Source: Octopus sinensis
Taxonomy: Eukaryota
Assembly (NCBI RefSeq): GCF_006345805.1
Contig: NW_021832229.1
Location: 124,001-188,000 of the forward strand
Reading direction: 5' to 3'
DNA length: 64,000 bases
In this document: one piece after another, positions 1 through 10,867 of the stretch
How the letters are laid out: every line of letters starts with the position of its first letter
Position numbering within the stretch: the first letter of the stretch is position 1
Notes under the pieces: generated by a model
Database searches by the model: none
Told to the model about the DNA's origin: nothing
The model's input: only the letters and a program-made list of their open reading frames with translations
Program-made: the position numbers and the translations under genes

Positions 1-29
1 GGTTATGGCCTGACTAGTCTTGCCGGGTC

Positions 30-190
30 TTCGGATGGTGTTTTTATGCGCCACCGACACAGGTGCCAGATGAGGCTGGCGAACGATCGGATGGTGTTGT
101 TACGTGCCCACAGCACGGAGGCCAGTCGATGCGGTACTGGCTACGGCCACGTTCGGATAGTTTGCTTGTGTGCCACCGGCACTGGTACCA
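30..190. repeat. Three diverged ~55-65 bp tandem units (CGGATGGTG...GCCACCGGCAC...CCA)
   Basis: Units begin near 32, 88 and 154 and share CGGATRGT and GCCAC motifs; probably the internal array of a dispersed repeat cut by the window edge. Confidence 0.55.
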
Positions 191-259
191 CAAAGATACA
201 AATTCCATTGATGTTCATCTATTTTGATTTGTTTTATACATATATATATATATGTACAT

Positions 260-328
<69 letters not shown>

Positions 329-525
329 TGTGTGTTGTTGTGTGTGTGTGTGTGTTGTCGTTCATAAAAAAAATGAAGGAAACCGAGAAATACTTTCCCC
401 ACCCCGCTCATTATATATTAATATATAACTCCATCCTCTTCTAGTTTCTCATACATTAGTCATCCTCTCTGTTTCCATAGACACACGCACACAGCTATCA
501 TTCAATGACCATCTCTAATTCTCTG

Positions 526-668
526 TCCGTTTATCTGATTCCCCCTCTCTCTCTCTCTCTCTTCTCCCATTATATATTAACACTTCGCCTTTTGTCTCTT
601 TGTCTCTCAACTCATACTTTCCCTCCCTACTAAAAACGTGTTGTTCTAATTCTCTCTTTCCCCCTCTC
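526..668 (+). repeat. Local source of the ~140-bp segment copied at 1770-1908
   Basis: TCCGTTTATCTGATTCCCC...TTCTCTCTTTCCCCCTCTC occurs at both places and differs only in the CT-run. Confidence 0.9.
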
Positions 669-1262
669 TCTGTCCGTCTCTTACTTTTTCTCCTTCTCAA
701 TCTCGCCCCCCTCCTCATCTCATCTTTTATTCACTTCGCTTATCTTTCTTTCATTCTCTCTTGTTCTTTCAATATTTCTTTTCGTATTCCTTATTTCCTT
801 CTTTCTGTCTTTCTTTGTCCCCTTGTTTCTTTCTGTCTCTCCCTCTTTCTTTCTTTGTCTCTTTCTTTCTTTTTTCTTTCTTGCGAAATTCCTGTATGAT
901 ACAGAAAACTCTCTCACACACACATACACGAGTACATGCACACACAAACACATACACACACACGGACACATATACAGGTACAAAACCGTACGCACACACA
1001 AACACATACACACACGCAAAGGAAACCACAAACACGCAAACACACTCAGACACACACACACCCACACACAGCCTCGCATCCATTAACTATCTCTGAAGAA
1101 TCTCAAAATATATTCCTTACTAATTTCCGTTTCAAGAGAAAGTAATCTAAAGGTAGATAATTACATTTTGAGAATTATCGACTGCAAAGGTTTGAGAAAT
1201 CTCTTTTGTGGGAATTGAAACCGGCATAGAATGTACGACAAATGCTGGCATACACTCATGTA

Positions 1263-1303
<41 letters not shown>

Positions 1304-1330
1304 GTGTGTGTGTGTTTGCATGTATATATT

Positions 1331-1505
1331 CTTTTCTTGTTTTAGTCATTGACTGAGGCTATGCTGGAGCAACACCTTTAGTCGAAAAATCGCCCCAACG
1401 ACTTATTCTTTGCAAGCCTAATACTTATTCTATCGGTGTGTTTTGCTAAACCGCTAAGTTACGGGGACGTAAACACACCAACATTGGTTGTCATGCGATG
1501 GTGGG
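1331..1505 (-). mobile_element. SINE 3' half (same family as 20311-20727)
   Basis: Reverse complement matches the CCCCGTAACTTAGCGGTT...GCTCCAGCAT...CAGTCAATGACT body and tail of the plus-strand copies. Confidence 0.8.
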
Positions 1506-1569
1506 AAGAAAAACATAGACACACTAACATACACACACGCACACACACATATATGTATATATGTATATC

Positions 1570-1988
1570 ACTGTGATCACCGTGACTGACCAGGCTATCA
1601 GATGTTGTTACACATCGCTGGTCACAATGCGCTTCGCATTATTTTAGCCTTCAAATGACGCCACCCCGCTGGCTAAGCGAGCAGGCCAACAGAAGAAAGA
1701 GTGAGAGAAAGTTGTGGCGAAAGAGTACAGCAGGGATCGCCACCACCCCCTGCCGGAGCCTCCTGGAGCTCCGTTTATCTGATTCCCCCTCTCTCTCTTC
1801 TCTTCTCCATTATATATTAACACTTCGCCTTTTGTCTCTTTGTCTCTCAACTCATACTTTCCCTCCCTACTAAAAACGTGTTGTTCTAATTCTCTCTTTC
1901 CCCCTCTCACAACGCCCGGTCTGGGAATCGAAACCGCGATCCTACGACCGCGAGTCCACTGCCCTAACCACTAGGCCATTGCGCCTCC
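1570..1988 (-). mobile_element. tRNA-derived SINE interrupted by a templated insertion
   Basis: Minus strand reads TGGCCTAGTGG (A box) ... GGTTTCGATTCC (B box); body is colinear with the copy at 14569-14845. Confidence 0.85.
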
Positions 1989-1992
<4 letters not shown>

Positions 1993-2023
<31 letters not shown>

Positions 2024-2102
2024 TGTATGTATGTATGTATGTATGTATGTATGTATGTACGTACGTACGTATGTATGTATGTATGTATGTATGTATGTAT
2101 GT
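1993..2102. repeat. (TATG)n microsatellite
   Basis: Directly visible. Confidence 0.95.
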
Positions 2103-2267
2103 ATATAGATAGTCAGTACAGATAAAGGGTGAAATATAATTAATTTAATAAAGTCAACAAATTTCACCAAGTAGTCTTTCGGTATGGAAAAGGACCATAT
2201 TCGGTAAAATTATAACAATGAGGGTCTTTGCAACAAGTTGCTTGACCACATACCGAAAGTATTAGAA

Positions 2268-2465
2268 ATAGCAGCCAGAGGACTGTTATTTCTTTTACCA
2301 CAAAAATATGTCCCCCCTATCCAGAAACGTATGCGTCCATAATTGACCGTGGACTGTTTGATTTCGTTATTTTTCTTCGATTTTTTTGCCATAAAATGAG
2401 TTACAAATACTGTTGTCGATGGGGACATATTTTTGAAGTAAAAGAAATAACAGTCCTCTGGCTGC

Positions 2466-2468
<3 letters not shown>
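2268..2468. mobile_element. MITE-like foldback with 48-bp inverted repeats
   Basis: 2268-2315 is the reverse complement of 2421-2468 with 2 mismatches; TA dinucleotides at both ends. Confidence 0.7.
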
Positions 2469-2498
<30 letters not shown>

Positions 2499-2615
2499 GT
2501 ATATATATATATGTATATATATATACTTTGATACTTTGATACTTTGATAGGTTTCGGCCATTATTGGCCCAGGCCATGTCTAACTTAATAGCACCACCTG
2601 GTGAAGTCTTTCAAG

Positions 2616-5600
2616 TCAGAATTTGGGCACTATGGCCCACTCAAGTAGAGAGTTATTGTTTACAGAGACATATCCGGGTGTAGGGGGTTTATCCGGGATT
2701 TCTTGAAGGAATCTGTCCAAAGACTTCTTGAACCCTATAGGGTCTGTTTCTGTTTTAATGTGTTTTGGTGTAATGTTAAAGAGAGCGGGGCCAATTAAGG
2801 TGAAATATTGTGCCGTATTGTTGTTATGAGATGAGAGTGCGATTTTTGTTTTGGGCGGATGGCACGGGGCCCAAGCCTTGGATGTACCTTAAAGGTGATG
2901 CCAACATCATTTGGGCAATGCTGATGGAATATTTTCCACATCATGCAGATGATGTAGCGCTCACGACGACGTTGGAGAGAATAGAGTTTTAGCTTTTCTA
3001 GTCGACCCCAATAGTCGAGGCCTGTCATGCCATCTATCTTTTTTGTGATTGCCCTTTGAGGTGCTTCAACTTTTATGATACCTTGTATTGTGTGGGGAGA
3101 CCACAATGGACAACAGTTTTCAAGGTATGGTCGGGCAAAAGTGGAGAAGAGAAGGATAATGGTGTGGATATCTCTCGACTGGAAAGTTCTGAGAATCCAG
3201 GAACACATTCTGCGGGCCATGTCAACTTTGGTGTTTATATGAGTGGCCCAGCTTATGTTGTTGTCCACAATTACTCCCAGGTCTCTGATGTTGTTGGACG
3301 CCGCGAGAGTTTCACCTGAAGGAAGGGAGTATGGGAGTTTCAGGGCATCCTCTTTTCCAAAGTGGATTAGCTCAAATTTATCCTCGTTCAGCAGCATATT
3401 GTTTTTTTCTGCCCATTGGATAACAGCCAGTAGATCTGACTGAAGGCATGTCCGGTCACTCGCCTCATTTATGACCTTCTGTAGCTTGGAGTCATCTGCC
3501 AAGATTTTTATGTTGCTGTGCTTGATGATGTCATTAATGTCATTAATGTAAATGATGAAAAGAAGTGGGCCCACACAGTGCCTTGCGGAACGCCACTACT
3601 GACTTTGGCTGGGCTTGATTTTACCCCTTCAACTACAACATGTTGAGATCTGTCTGTCGGGAAACACTTGATCCATTTCAGTAACTTTCCAGAGACACCA
3701 ATGTTGGATAGTTTTTTCAATAGGATCTTGTGATCAACCCTGTCGAAGGCCTTACTGAAATCAAGGTAGATGACATCGGTGTTGGAGAGCCCTCTCCCAA
3801 AGCTCTCAAAATGTCCTCAAAGTGATGCAGGAGCTGCGTTAGGCAGTCCCTTCCATTACGGAACCCATGTTGGTTGGAGATCAGCCGTCTGTTGCTTTCC
3901 AGAAATTGGGTTATTCGAGATCTCACCACCCTCTCAAATACCTTGATGATATGAGAGGTGAGTGAGATCGGACGGTAATTCACTGCAAGGGACTTGTTTC
4001 CCTTTTTGAAAACTGGGACAACAGACTGGGACAGAAGGTTTTTTGGAATATAGCCAGCATCCAGTGAGTTTCTCCACAGATTAGCAAGGGGAGATGCAAG
4101 TTGGTGTCGACACACCTTCAGGACACAAGCAGGGAACCTATCGGGGCCTACTGCTGAATTGTGTTTTATTTCGTTTATCGCCGCTAAGACATCAGGGGCA
4201 CTAAACGTTATGTCCGATATAGTGTGTTGGGGGTTGACATCACTGATACAGCCCAGATCGGCCATATCAGGATTGCTGAAAACAGAGCAGTATTGTTTCT
4301 GCAGTATCTCGGCCATGGATTTGGCATTATCTTGGAGAGTGCCAGTTTCGTCAATTAGAGGGCCTACAGTGGAGACAGTGACCCTGCGTTTCCTCGCAAA
4401 TGAAAAGAACACTTTGGGGTTGAGTTTGATTTTTTCAATGGCCCACTTCTCCTCAGCTGATCTTTGGTTATTGATGAGGGTCTTCATGCATTGTTGGAGG
4501 TTATATTTTTTGGATTCAAGCAGTGCGATAGCCGTCGAATGTGTGTGTTGCTGTTGGCAGTACTTTAGTTTGTTAATTTTTTTGTTTGTTCTTTTTTTTT
4601 TCTGATAATGGTTTTTCTGTTTTGGGGGATTCTGCACTTTTTGTTCACAGGTCTTGGTGGGGAGTGTTTTGCACATATGTCTGTGGCGGTGTCTACAAAG
4701 ATCTGCCAAGATGTTTTATGGTTGGTGGAGATGTGTGTATGTGTAAAGGACCAGTCAACATGTGATAGCTCGTTCCTGATTGCATCCCAGTTGGCATTAT
4801 GGAGATCCATGTTGTCAAATGGGTGGGCTGGAGGAAGGTCACTAGGATTAGATTTCGGCTGGTGGAATTTCATGTTACAGAGAACCATGTCATGGTCTGA
4901 AAGAAGGGTTTTTTCCACTGTAACGTTATGTATAGTGTTAGTGTGGTTACTAAACACTAGGTCCAAAATGTTCTGATGTCTTGTTGGTGCAAGGACAAGT
5001 TGGGACAAGAAAAACTCATTCGTAAAGTCGAAAAGTGACTCTGCTGCTTCTTGTCAGCGGTTGAGGCGGGAGTGCTTGGTTTCAAACAGTTTGTAGTCCA
5101 GTCAACACAGGGTAGATTGAAGTCTCTCATCATGAGTAGGTTGCTAGAATGGCACTGTTGAATAAAGCACTTAATGCTGTTGAGGCATTCTTAAAGCACA
5201 GTATGGGTGTTTGGGGCGGCCTATAGAGCCCAATTACTGTCAGGTCATTGGCTTTGTTGTGCCCGGTGACTGATTCACAGTAGCCGTTGGAGAATATACT
5301 ATTTCCATCTGCCGTAAATGAATCATGCAGGAAAATGGCAGTTCCACCCTTCCTCCTGCCGATACGATCCGCGCGGATGGTTGTGAAATTCTTCACTCTC
5401 ACTTCGGCTTCCAAGTGGGAGTTGTCAAGGTGGGTCTCAGTGAGAATGAAGAAAGGGATGTGGTGTGAATGGTTACCAACCCAGTCTTCAATGAATTGGA
5501 CCTTCCATTTTTGTGCATTGATGGAAGGGCTGACACCTTGTGCATTGAGTAGAAATGTGGAGGTTAGTGTAGTGGCTGGTTTTGACTGTTGCAGGGGGCT

Positions 5601-5648
5601 TGGATTTTTTGTGTGTGTTAGTGGCAGCAATGTGGGGAATTGGTGCAC
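2616..5648 (-). pseudogene. ORF2 (APE + reverse transcriptase) of CR1 copy A, broken by frameshifts
   Basis: ORF-track fragments 5130-5648, 4565-5008, 3717-4709 and 2795-3574 are consecutive parts of one ORF2; stop TGA at 2618-2616 corresponds to 14334-14336 in copy B. Confidence 0.88.
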
Positions 5649-6591
5649 TGGGGTAATAGCATAGGATGGTGTTGAGTGATGGTTAGAATGTTTTTTTGTG
5701 TATCTCTTTTGCCATGTTCAACATGGCTAAAAAAGAATTTTCCTGCTTAGGGAGCAGTTTTTGGCTGGAGGTGTGGTTGCACTGTTGGATAGGGTTGTAG
5801 TTTCCACTTTTGTTGTTGTTGTTTTTGTGTCTTCCTGAAAAGACTGGACCAGCATTACTGCAGCATGGTGTGTTTCTGTTTTTATTTATTCAGGTTTGTG
5901 TGTTGGCTTGAAGCCCCGTTTCTGTTTGTGCGTCGGGTCCCTGGAAGATGAGTGAAGGGACAGTCACTCAGCAGACATGTTCTCTCACGTTGGGAATACC
6001 GGCAGATTTTGGGACTCCGAGTTGTGTGTGTTTTGAATTTCGATTTACTATTTGGTGGTGTTGATGTTATTGTGGGATGCGTGCTTTGGCCTTGGCCGGT
6101 AGTGCGTCTAGTGCCGGGTAGATGCGTGAAGATGCAGTCACTATTTGTGCAGAGTCTCTGGCGCAGTGAATAGCGGCATATTTGGGGATTTCTTGTTTGT
6201 GCCGTGGGGGGCGCATTTTGCTTCCTATGTTTCTTTAAGTTTTTGTTACTGCAGTAGTATTGAGGTGGTGATGTGGGGGAAGAGGGCAGTGGTTTCTTAT
6301 TTGGTTTTCTGTTGGTATTTTTGGTGATAGAAGACGATGGTGGCAGCGGTGGTGATGATGATGATGATAATTGTGGTGGTTGCCGTGAGAGCGGTGAAAA
6401 GATACTGGCATTTAGTGAATCATCTAGTAAGCTAGAGTTGAGGAGTGGCTGTTGTTGTTCTTGTTGCTATGGCTGTTGTTGTTGTTGTTGTGCTTGACCG
6501 ATGTTAGGGTCAGCCATTGTGCTGGGAACCAGGAGTGGCTCATTCTGTTGTTGTTGTGGCTGCTGATTTTCTAGCTGTTGCTGTTCTTGAA
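5590..6591 (-). pseudogene. ORF1 of CR1 copy A: Q/P/S-rich region plus two CCCH zinc fingers
   Basis: CRYSLRQRLCTNSDCIFTH (6178-6122) and CRYSQRERTCLLSDCPFTH (6004-5948), both C-X8-C-X4-C-X3-H and both followed by LPGTRRT. Confidence 0.75.
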
Positions 6592-6611
6592 TATATATAT
6601 GTATATATATA

Positions 6612-8870
6612 TATATATTTTTGTTTTTGTTTGGCATCCTTTCTGTCTCGGGAGACAATGGAGTTGCGCATTTTTTTTTTTTTTTCTAGGTCTAGTCCGG
6701 CTGTTATATTTTATTTCCTGTTACATTTCTTGCTGTGGCTGTGTAGTCCTATCCTGGACAAACACTCCCTCTGGCAGGTACTGCAAATGTAGCGAAGACT
6801 GTTCCTGGCTGATTGTAGTGCCATGGTCTCTTGTTTATGTCTCTTCCTTTCTTTCCATTTCTCCTCTCTCTTTCTGTCATTCTCTGTATACCCTCTTTTA
6901 CTGTACGTCGCCATTCTCCACGGTTGCCGGCGACTGCCTCCCAACCGCTAATGTTGATGTTGCAGGCCTTCATATCCCTTTTGCAAACATCCTTGTAACG
7001 CAAGATCGGTCTACCCACAGACCTAGTACCCCTAGCAAGCTCTCCGTAGAGTATGTCCTTGGGGATTCTGCCTATCTTTCATACGGCTAACATGCCCAAG
7101 CCATCTCATACGTCTTTGTGTGAGGAGTGCAACATGCTTGGTATTCCTGCTTGCCTGAGGACTTCTTTGTTGGGGATATGATTCTGCCATTTGATGTGGA
7201 GGATTTTTCGGAGGCAGCGCAGGTGAAAGATGTTTAGGCGACGCTCTTGGCGTGTGTATAGCGTCCAGGTCTCGCTTCCATACAGTAGAGTGCTGAGTAC
7301 ACATGCCTGGTAGATCTTCATTTTTGTGGTCTTGGTCAGCTTATTGTTGTCCCAAGCCCGTTTGGAGAGTTGGGCCATCGCAGCAGCTGCCTTGCCAATG
7401 CGTATATTGAGCTCAGCGTCAAGGGATAGGTTGTAGGTGACGGTAGAGCCCAGATAGGTAAACTTCTCCACCTCTTGTAATCTGTGGTCTCCAATATGTA
7501 TGTTTGGGATGTCCGATGTAGCCTGGCCCATGATGTTGGTCTTCTTAAGGCTGATAGCTAAGCCAAAGTCGTTACATGCTTGCTCAAAACAGTTAATGAG
7601 CCTTTGGAGGGCTTCTTCTGTGTGTGTTACCAGAGCGGCATCATCAGCAAATAATCTCCTTGATCAGGACGTTTCTGATTTTGGTTCTTGGCACGCAGGC
7701 GCGAGAGATTGAACAGTTTCCCGTCACTTCTACTGTGCAGAAACACTCCATCATCTGATGTCTGAAAGGCATGTGACAGCAAGAGTGAGAAGAAGATGCC
7801 AAACAATGTAGGAGCGAGGACACAGCCTTGCTTTACCCCGTTTTTTTTTTGGAAGGCAGCTGATGTTGAACCGTTGTGCTGTATGGTGCCTTGCATGTCA
7901 TCATGGAAAGACTTGATGATCCTCAGCAGCTTTGTGGACATCCGATTTTTTGGAGCAGGAGGAAGAGGCCTGTTCTGCTTACCGAGTCAAAAGCCTTTGT
8001 TAGATCAATGAAGGCCATATATAATGGCATTTTCTGCTCTCTGGACTTCTCCTGAAGTTGGCGTATGGAGAATATCATATCGATAGTTGATCTGCTTCTT
8101 CTAAAGCCACACTGCGATTCCGGATAGATTCGAGAAGCAAGTAGTTGTAGCCTGGCCAGGATAACGCGGGCAAAGGTCTTTCCAACAGTGCTTAGAAGGG
8201 ATATACCACGGTAATTGTTACAATCACCACGGTCACCTTTGTTTTTGTAGAGCGTAATGATGTTGGCATCCCGCATATCCTGAGGGACTGTACCCTCTTC
8301 CCAGCACTGACACAGAAGCTCATGAAGGTGCCGAAGCAGGATGGTGTTTTTGCCGGCTTTGATGATCTCTGAGGGGATGCCGTCTTTTCCCGGAGCCTTA
8401 TTTCTTGCTAGGGAGTCAACAGCCTTGGTGAGCTCTGCTATAGATGGCGGACTGTCAAGTTCGCACATGACTGGCAAGATCTTGACACTCTCGACTGCAG
8501 CCTCAGCCACTGTGGTCTCCCGTGAGTAGAGATCCTGGTAGTGCTCCACCCATCTATCCATTTGCTTGCCTTGATCCCTGATGAGATCTCCAGTAGTTGA
8601 TTTCAGAGGGGCTGACTTGGTTGCGGATGGACCGAGGGCCTTCTTCAAACCAGCATACATCCCACGGGTGTCGCCCCTGTCAGCAGCTGACTGGATACTC
8701 TGACAGATTTCCTGCCAATACCTATTTGCACAGCATCTGGCTGTCAGTTGGGTTTTATTTTGTGCCTTTCTGAGTTCTTCGAGTGACTTTGTAGAAGAGT
8801 CACTCTTGTATTGCACCAGAGCTGCACGCTTTGCTTCGATAACTGGCTCCAGCTCTGAGAGCCCAGCATT
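6612..8870 (-). mobile_element. RTE-clade LINE, 5'-truncated, RT with frameshifts
   Basis: [57 protein letters not shown]-terminal CSTCQRECLSRIGLHSH and a short 3' UTR. Confidence 0.92.
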
Positions 8871-8898
8871 GTATATATATATATATACATATATATAC

Positions 8899-8929
<31 letters not shown>

Positions 8930-8985
8930 CATATATATACATACATATATATACATATATATACATATATACATATATATATATA

Positions 8986-9091
8986 TGATGTCGTATACAA
9001 GGCTTCCCTGATATAGTCCACCTACTTTCAGCCAACCTCCTCTGCTGAAAGTAGGTGGGACTATATCAGGGAAGCCTTGTATACGACATCA
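8986..9091. repeat. Compact palindrome (47/48-bp arms, 11-nt loop) inside mirror-image TA/TACA microsatellites
   Basis: 8986-9032 is the reverse complement of 9044-9091 with one indel. Confidence 0.95.
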
Positions 9092-9159
9092 TATATATAT
9101 ATATGTATATATGTATATATATGTATATATGTATATATATGTATATATATGTATGTATA

Positions 9160-9198
<39 letters not shown>

Positions 9199-9410
9199 AT
9201 ATATATATATATTGAACAGCCGAAATTTGCTATGATGATTCGGTGTCTGACTGAAGATTGAAGGCTTCGAATGATTTGTCTGTGTTCCGTGTTCGTCCCT
9301 TCCTGTATTTCACGTTCATTATATATAAAAACATTCATTCTTATATATATATATATATATATAATATATATATATATATTATATATATATATATATATAT
9401 AATATATATG

Positions 9411-9441
<31 letters not shown>

Positions 9442-9460
9442 ATTTATTATATAGAAGGAA

Positions 9461-9506
9461 CTTCTACAGGACTAGAACTGTTTCATTCAGAGAAATCTTC
9501 AGGAAG
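9461..9506 (-). ncRNA. Type I hammerhead ribozyme motif
   Basis: CTTC-CTGAAGA-TTTCTCTGAAT-GAAA-CAG(TTCTAGTC)CT-GTA-GAAG; stems I and III pair, and the first stem II pair is a U-U mismatch. Confidence 0.6.
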
Positions 9507-9637
9507 CATATACATATATATATAATATATATATATAATCGAATTAATCTAAATTTTCTTTACCTAGTGGTCAGCACTTCTAAACTCATAGTTATTCGAT
9601 CTTGAAAGGATGGACTTGGTGCAAACTTAACTGTATC

Positions 9638-9648
<11 letters not shown>

Positions 9649-9705
<57 letters not shown>
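9649..9705. repeat. (ATT)n microsatellite
   Basis: Directly visible. Confidence 0.95.
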
Positions 9706-9708
<3 letters not shown>

Positions 9709-10031
9709 TAATATTAATAGTAATTTTTATTAACTTTTATAGCTTTAGAATTTTATGAACTGAACCATGGTTTTAATTATTATTTTTCATCTCCCTATGT
9801 GTTAGTTTTTTTTTTTTTTTTAAAACTATTAGCCAAATATGTATAATATCGGTACTTATTAATATTAATATATACACTGATATATATTTTGTTTTATTTT
9901 GTTCTGTTTACCTTCCTTTATTGTACCAATGAGTATTATATTATATAAGTGTAGCATTATGATGTATAAGTTTTTATATTTATATGTATATGGTTATATA
10001 ATATTTTTCACAATTATAACAAATTTAATTT

Positions 10032-10147
10032 AATTCTCTGAAGAGGCCGTGGGGCATCCTTGTTAATGCCTCATTTATACCTGCCTTTATGGCTTATAGG
10101 TTAAATGAGGTATGACTGCCCTCACTGCCGAAACAGCTGTCAGTTTT
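10032..10147 (+). ncRNA. Type I hammerhead ribozyme with long stem II, in AT-rich PLE-type pseudo-LTR sequence (~9720-10330)
   Basis: CTGAAGA 10038-10044; stem II GGCCGTGGGGCA/TGCCCTCACTGCC with inner hairpin; GAAAC-AGCT-GTC 10130-10141 (palindromic stem III); stem I has two mismatches. Confidence 0.75.
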
Positions 10148-10338
10148 GTTTTAATTGCATATTATATTTGAAATTTTTTACTTATATCTCTTTATCTTTT
10201 TACTATTACTGTATATCTCATTTTGTATAATGCCTTTACTCATATGTAATGGTGTATTAAAGTATTGATTGGGTATCATCGGATAGTTGATGTTTTATTG
10301 ATTTAAGTATGTTTCTCCATTCTCTAATTTTGTAGTGT

Positions 10339-10392
<54 letters not shown>

Positions 10393-10426
10393 ATGTCATA
10401 TATATATATGTCATATATATATATAT

Positions 10427-10823
10427 GTCAGACCCTGCCTGACACGAGTTCCGGGCTCAGCTGGCTCCGGCTGACAGTACCCGGTATGGGCCCCTATCCA
10501 GGGTTACGGAAAGGAGACAACCTTCAATGAAATCCGGAGTGGAGCCCCGAAGGCGGTCTAGTGTTCGATTCGACACTCTTCCGGCAGCTCCTGCAACCAA
10601 GCTGGTGCCAAACGTAATGCACTTCACTCCACTGGACTACATCAGCAAGGTCGAGAGAGGAAACCTGACGATTGGGCTACCCAAGACTTTCTTATCTATA
10701 GAGGACTGGAGAGGACACTTCAGTGCTGCTGTAAAAAGCTGCAGAAACAACACGGGAGGTAACAGTTACGAGTGATAAGTGCGCAACTCCATTGTCTCCC
10801 GAGACAGAAAGGATGCCAAACCA

Positions 10824-10824
<1 letters not shown>
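10427..10824 (+). mobile_element. Short non-coding element ending in the RTE 3' tail (candidate non-autonomous RTE derivative)
   Basis: 10780-10821 is identical over 42 bp to the reverse complement of 6629-6670; no RT coding sequence; flanked by (TA)n. Confidence 0.65.
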
Positions 10825-10865
<41 letters not shown>

Positions 10866-10867
10866 TA

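Larger units (their letters stand above)
2524..6591 (-). mobile_element. CR1-type non-LTR retrotransposon, copy A (5'-truncated within ORF1)
   Basis: APE endonuclease (FFILTETHL, GDFNLP, SDH), RT (NYRPISLTSH, NQHGFR, DFSKAF, GVPQG, ADDSKL), 3' tail of three 8-bp TATCAAAG units; inserted between TA-rich microsatellites. Confidence 0.9.

Noticed and set aside
1089-1162. CTGAAGA ... GAAA resembling a hammerhead
   Set aside because: No NUH triplet in register with stem I and no independent stem II/GAAA.
46-1349. Many ORFs of YI, HT, CV, LS, (I)n or (L)n repeats here and throughout the window
   Set aside because: Translations of di- and trinucleotide microsatellites with no domain content.
4159-5664. 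Plus-strand ORFs over CR1 copy A (and minus-strand ORFs over copy B)
   Set aside because: Antisense shadows of LINE ORF2.
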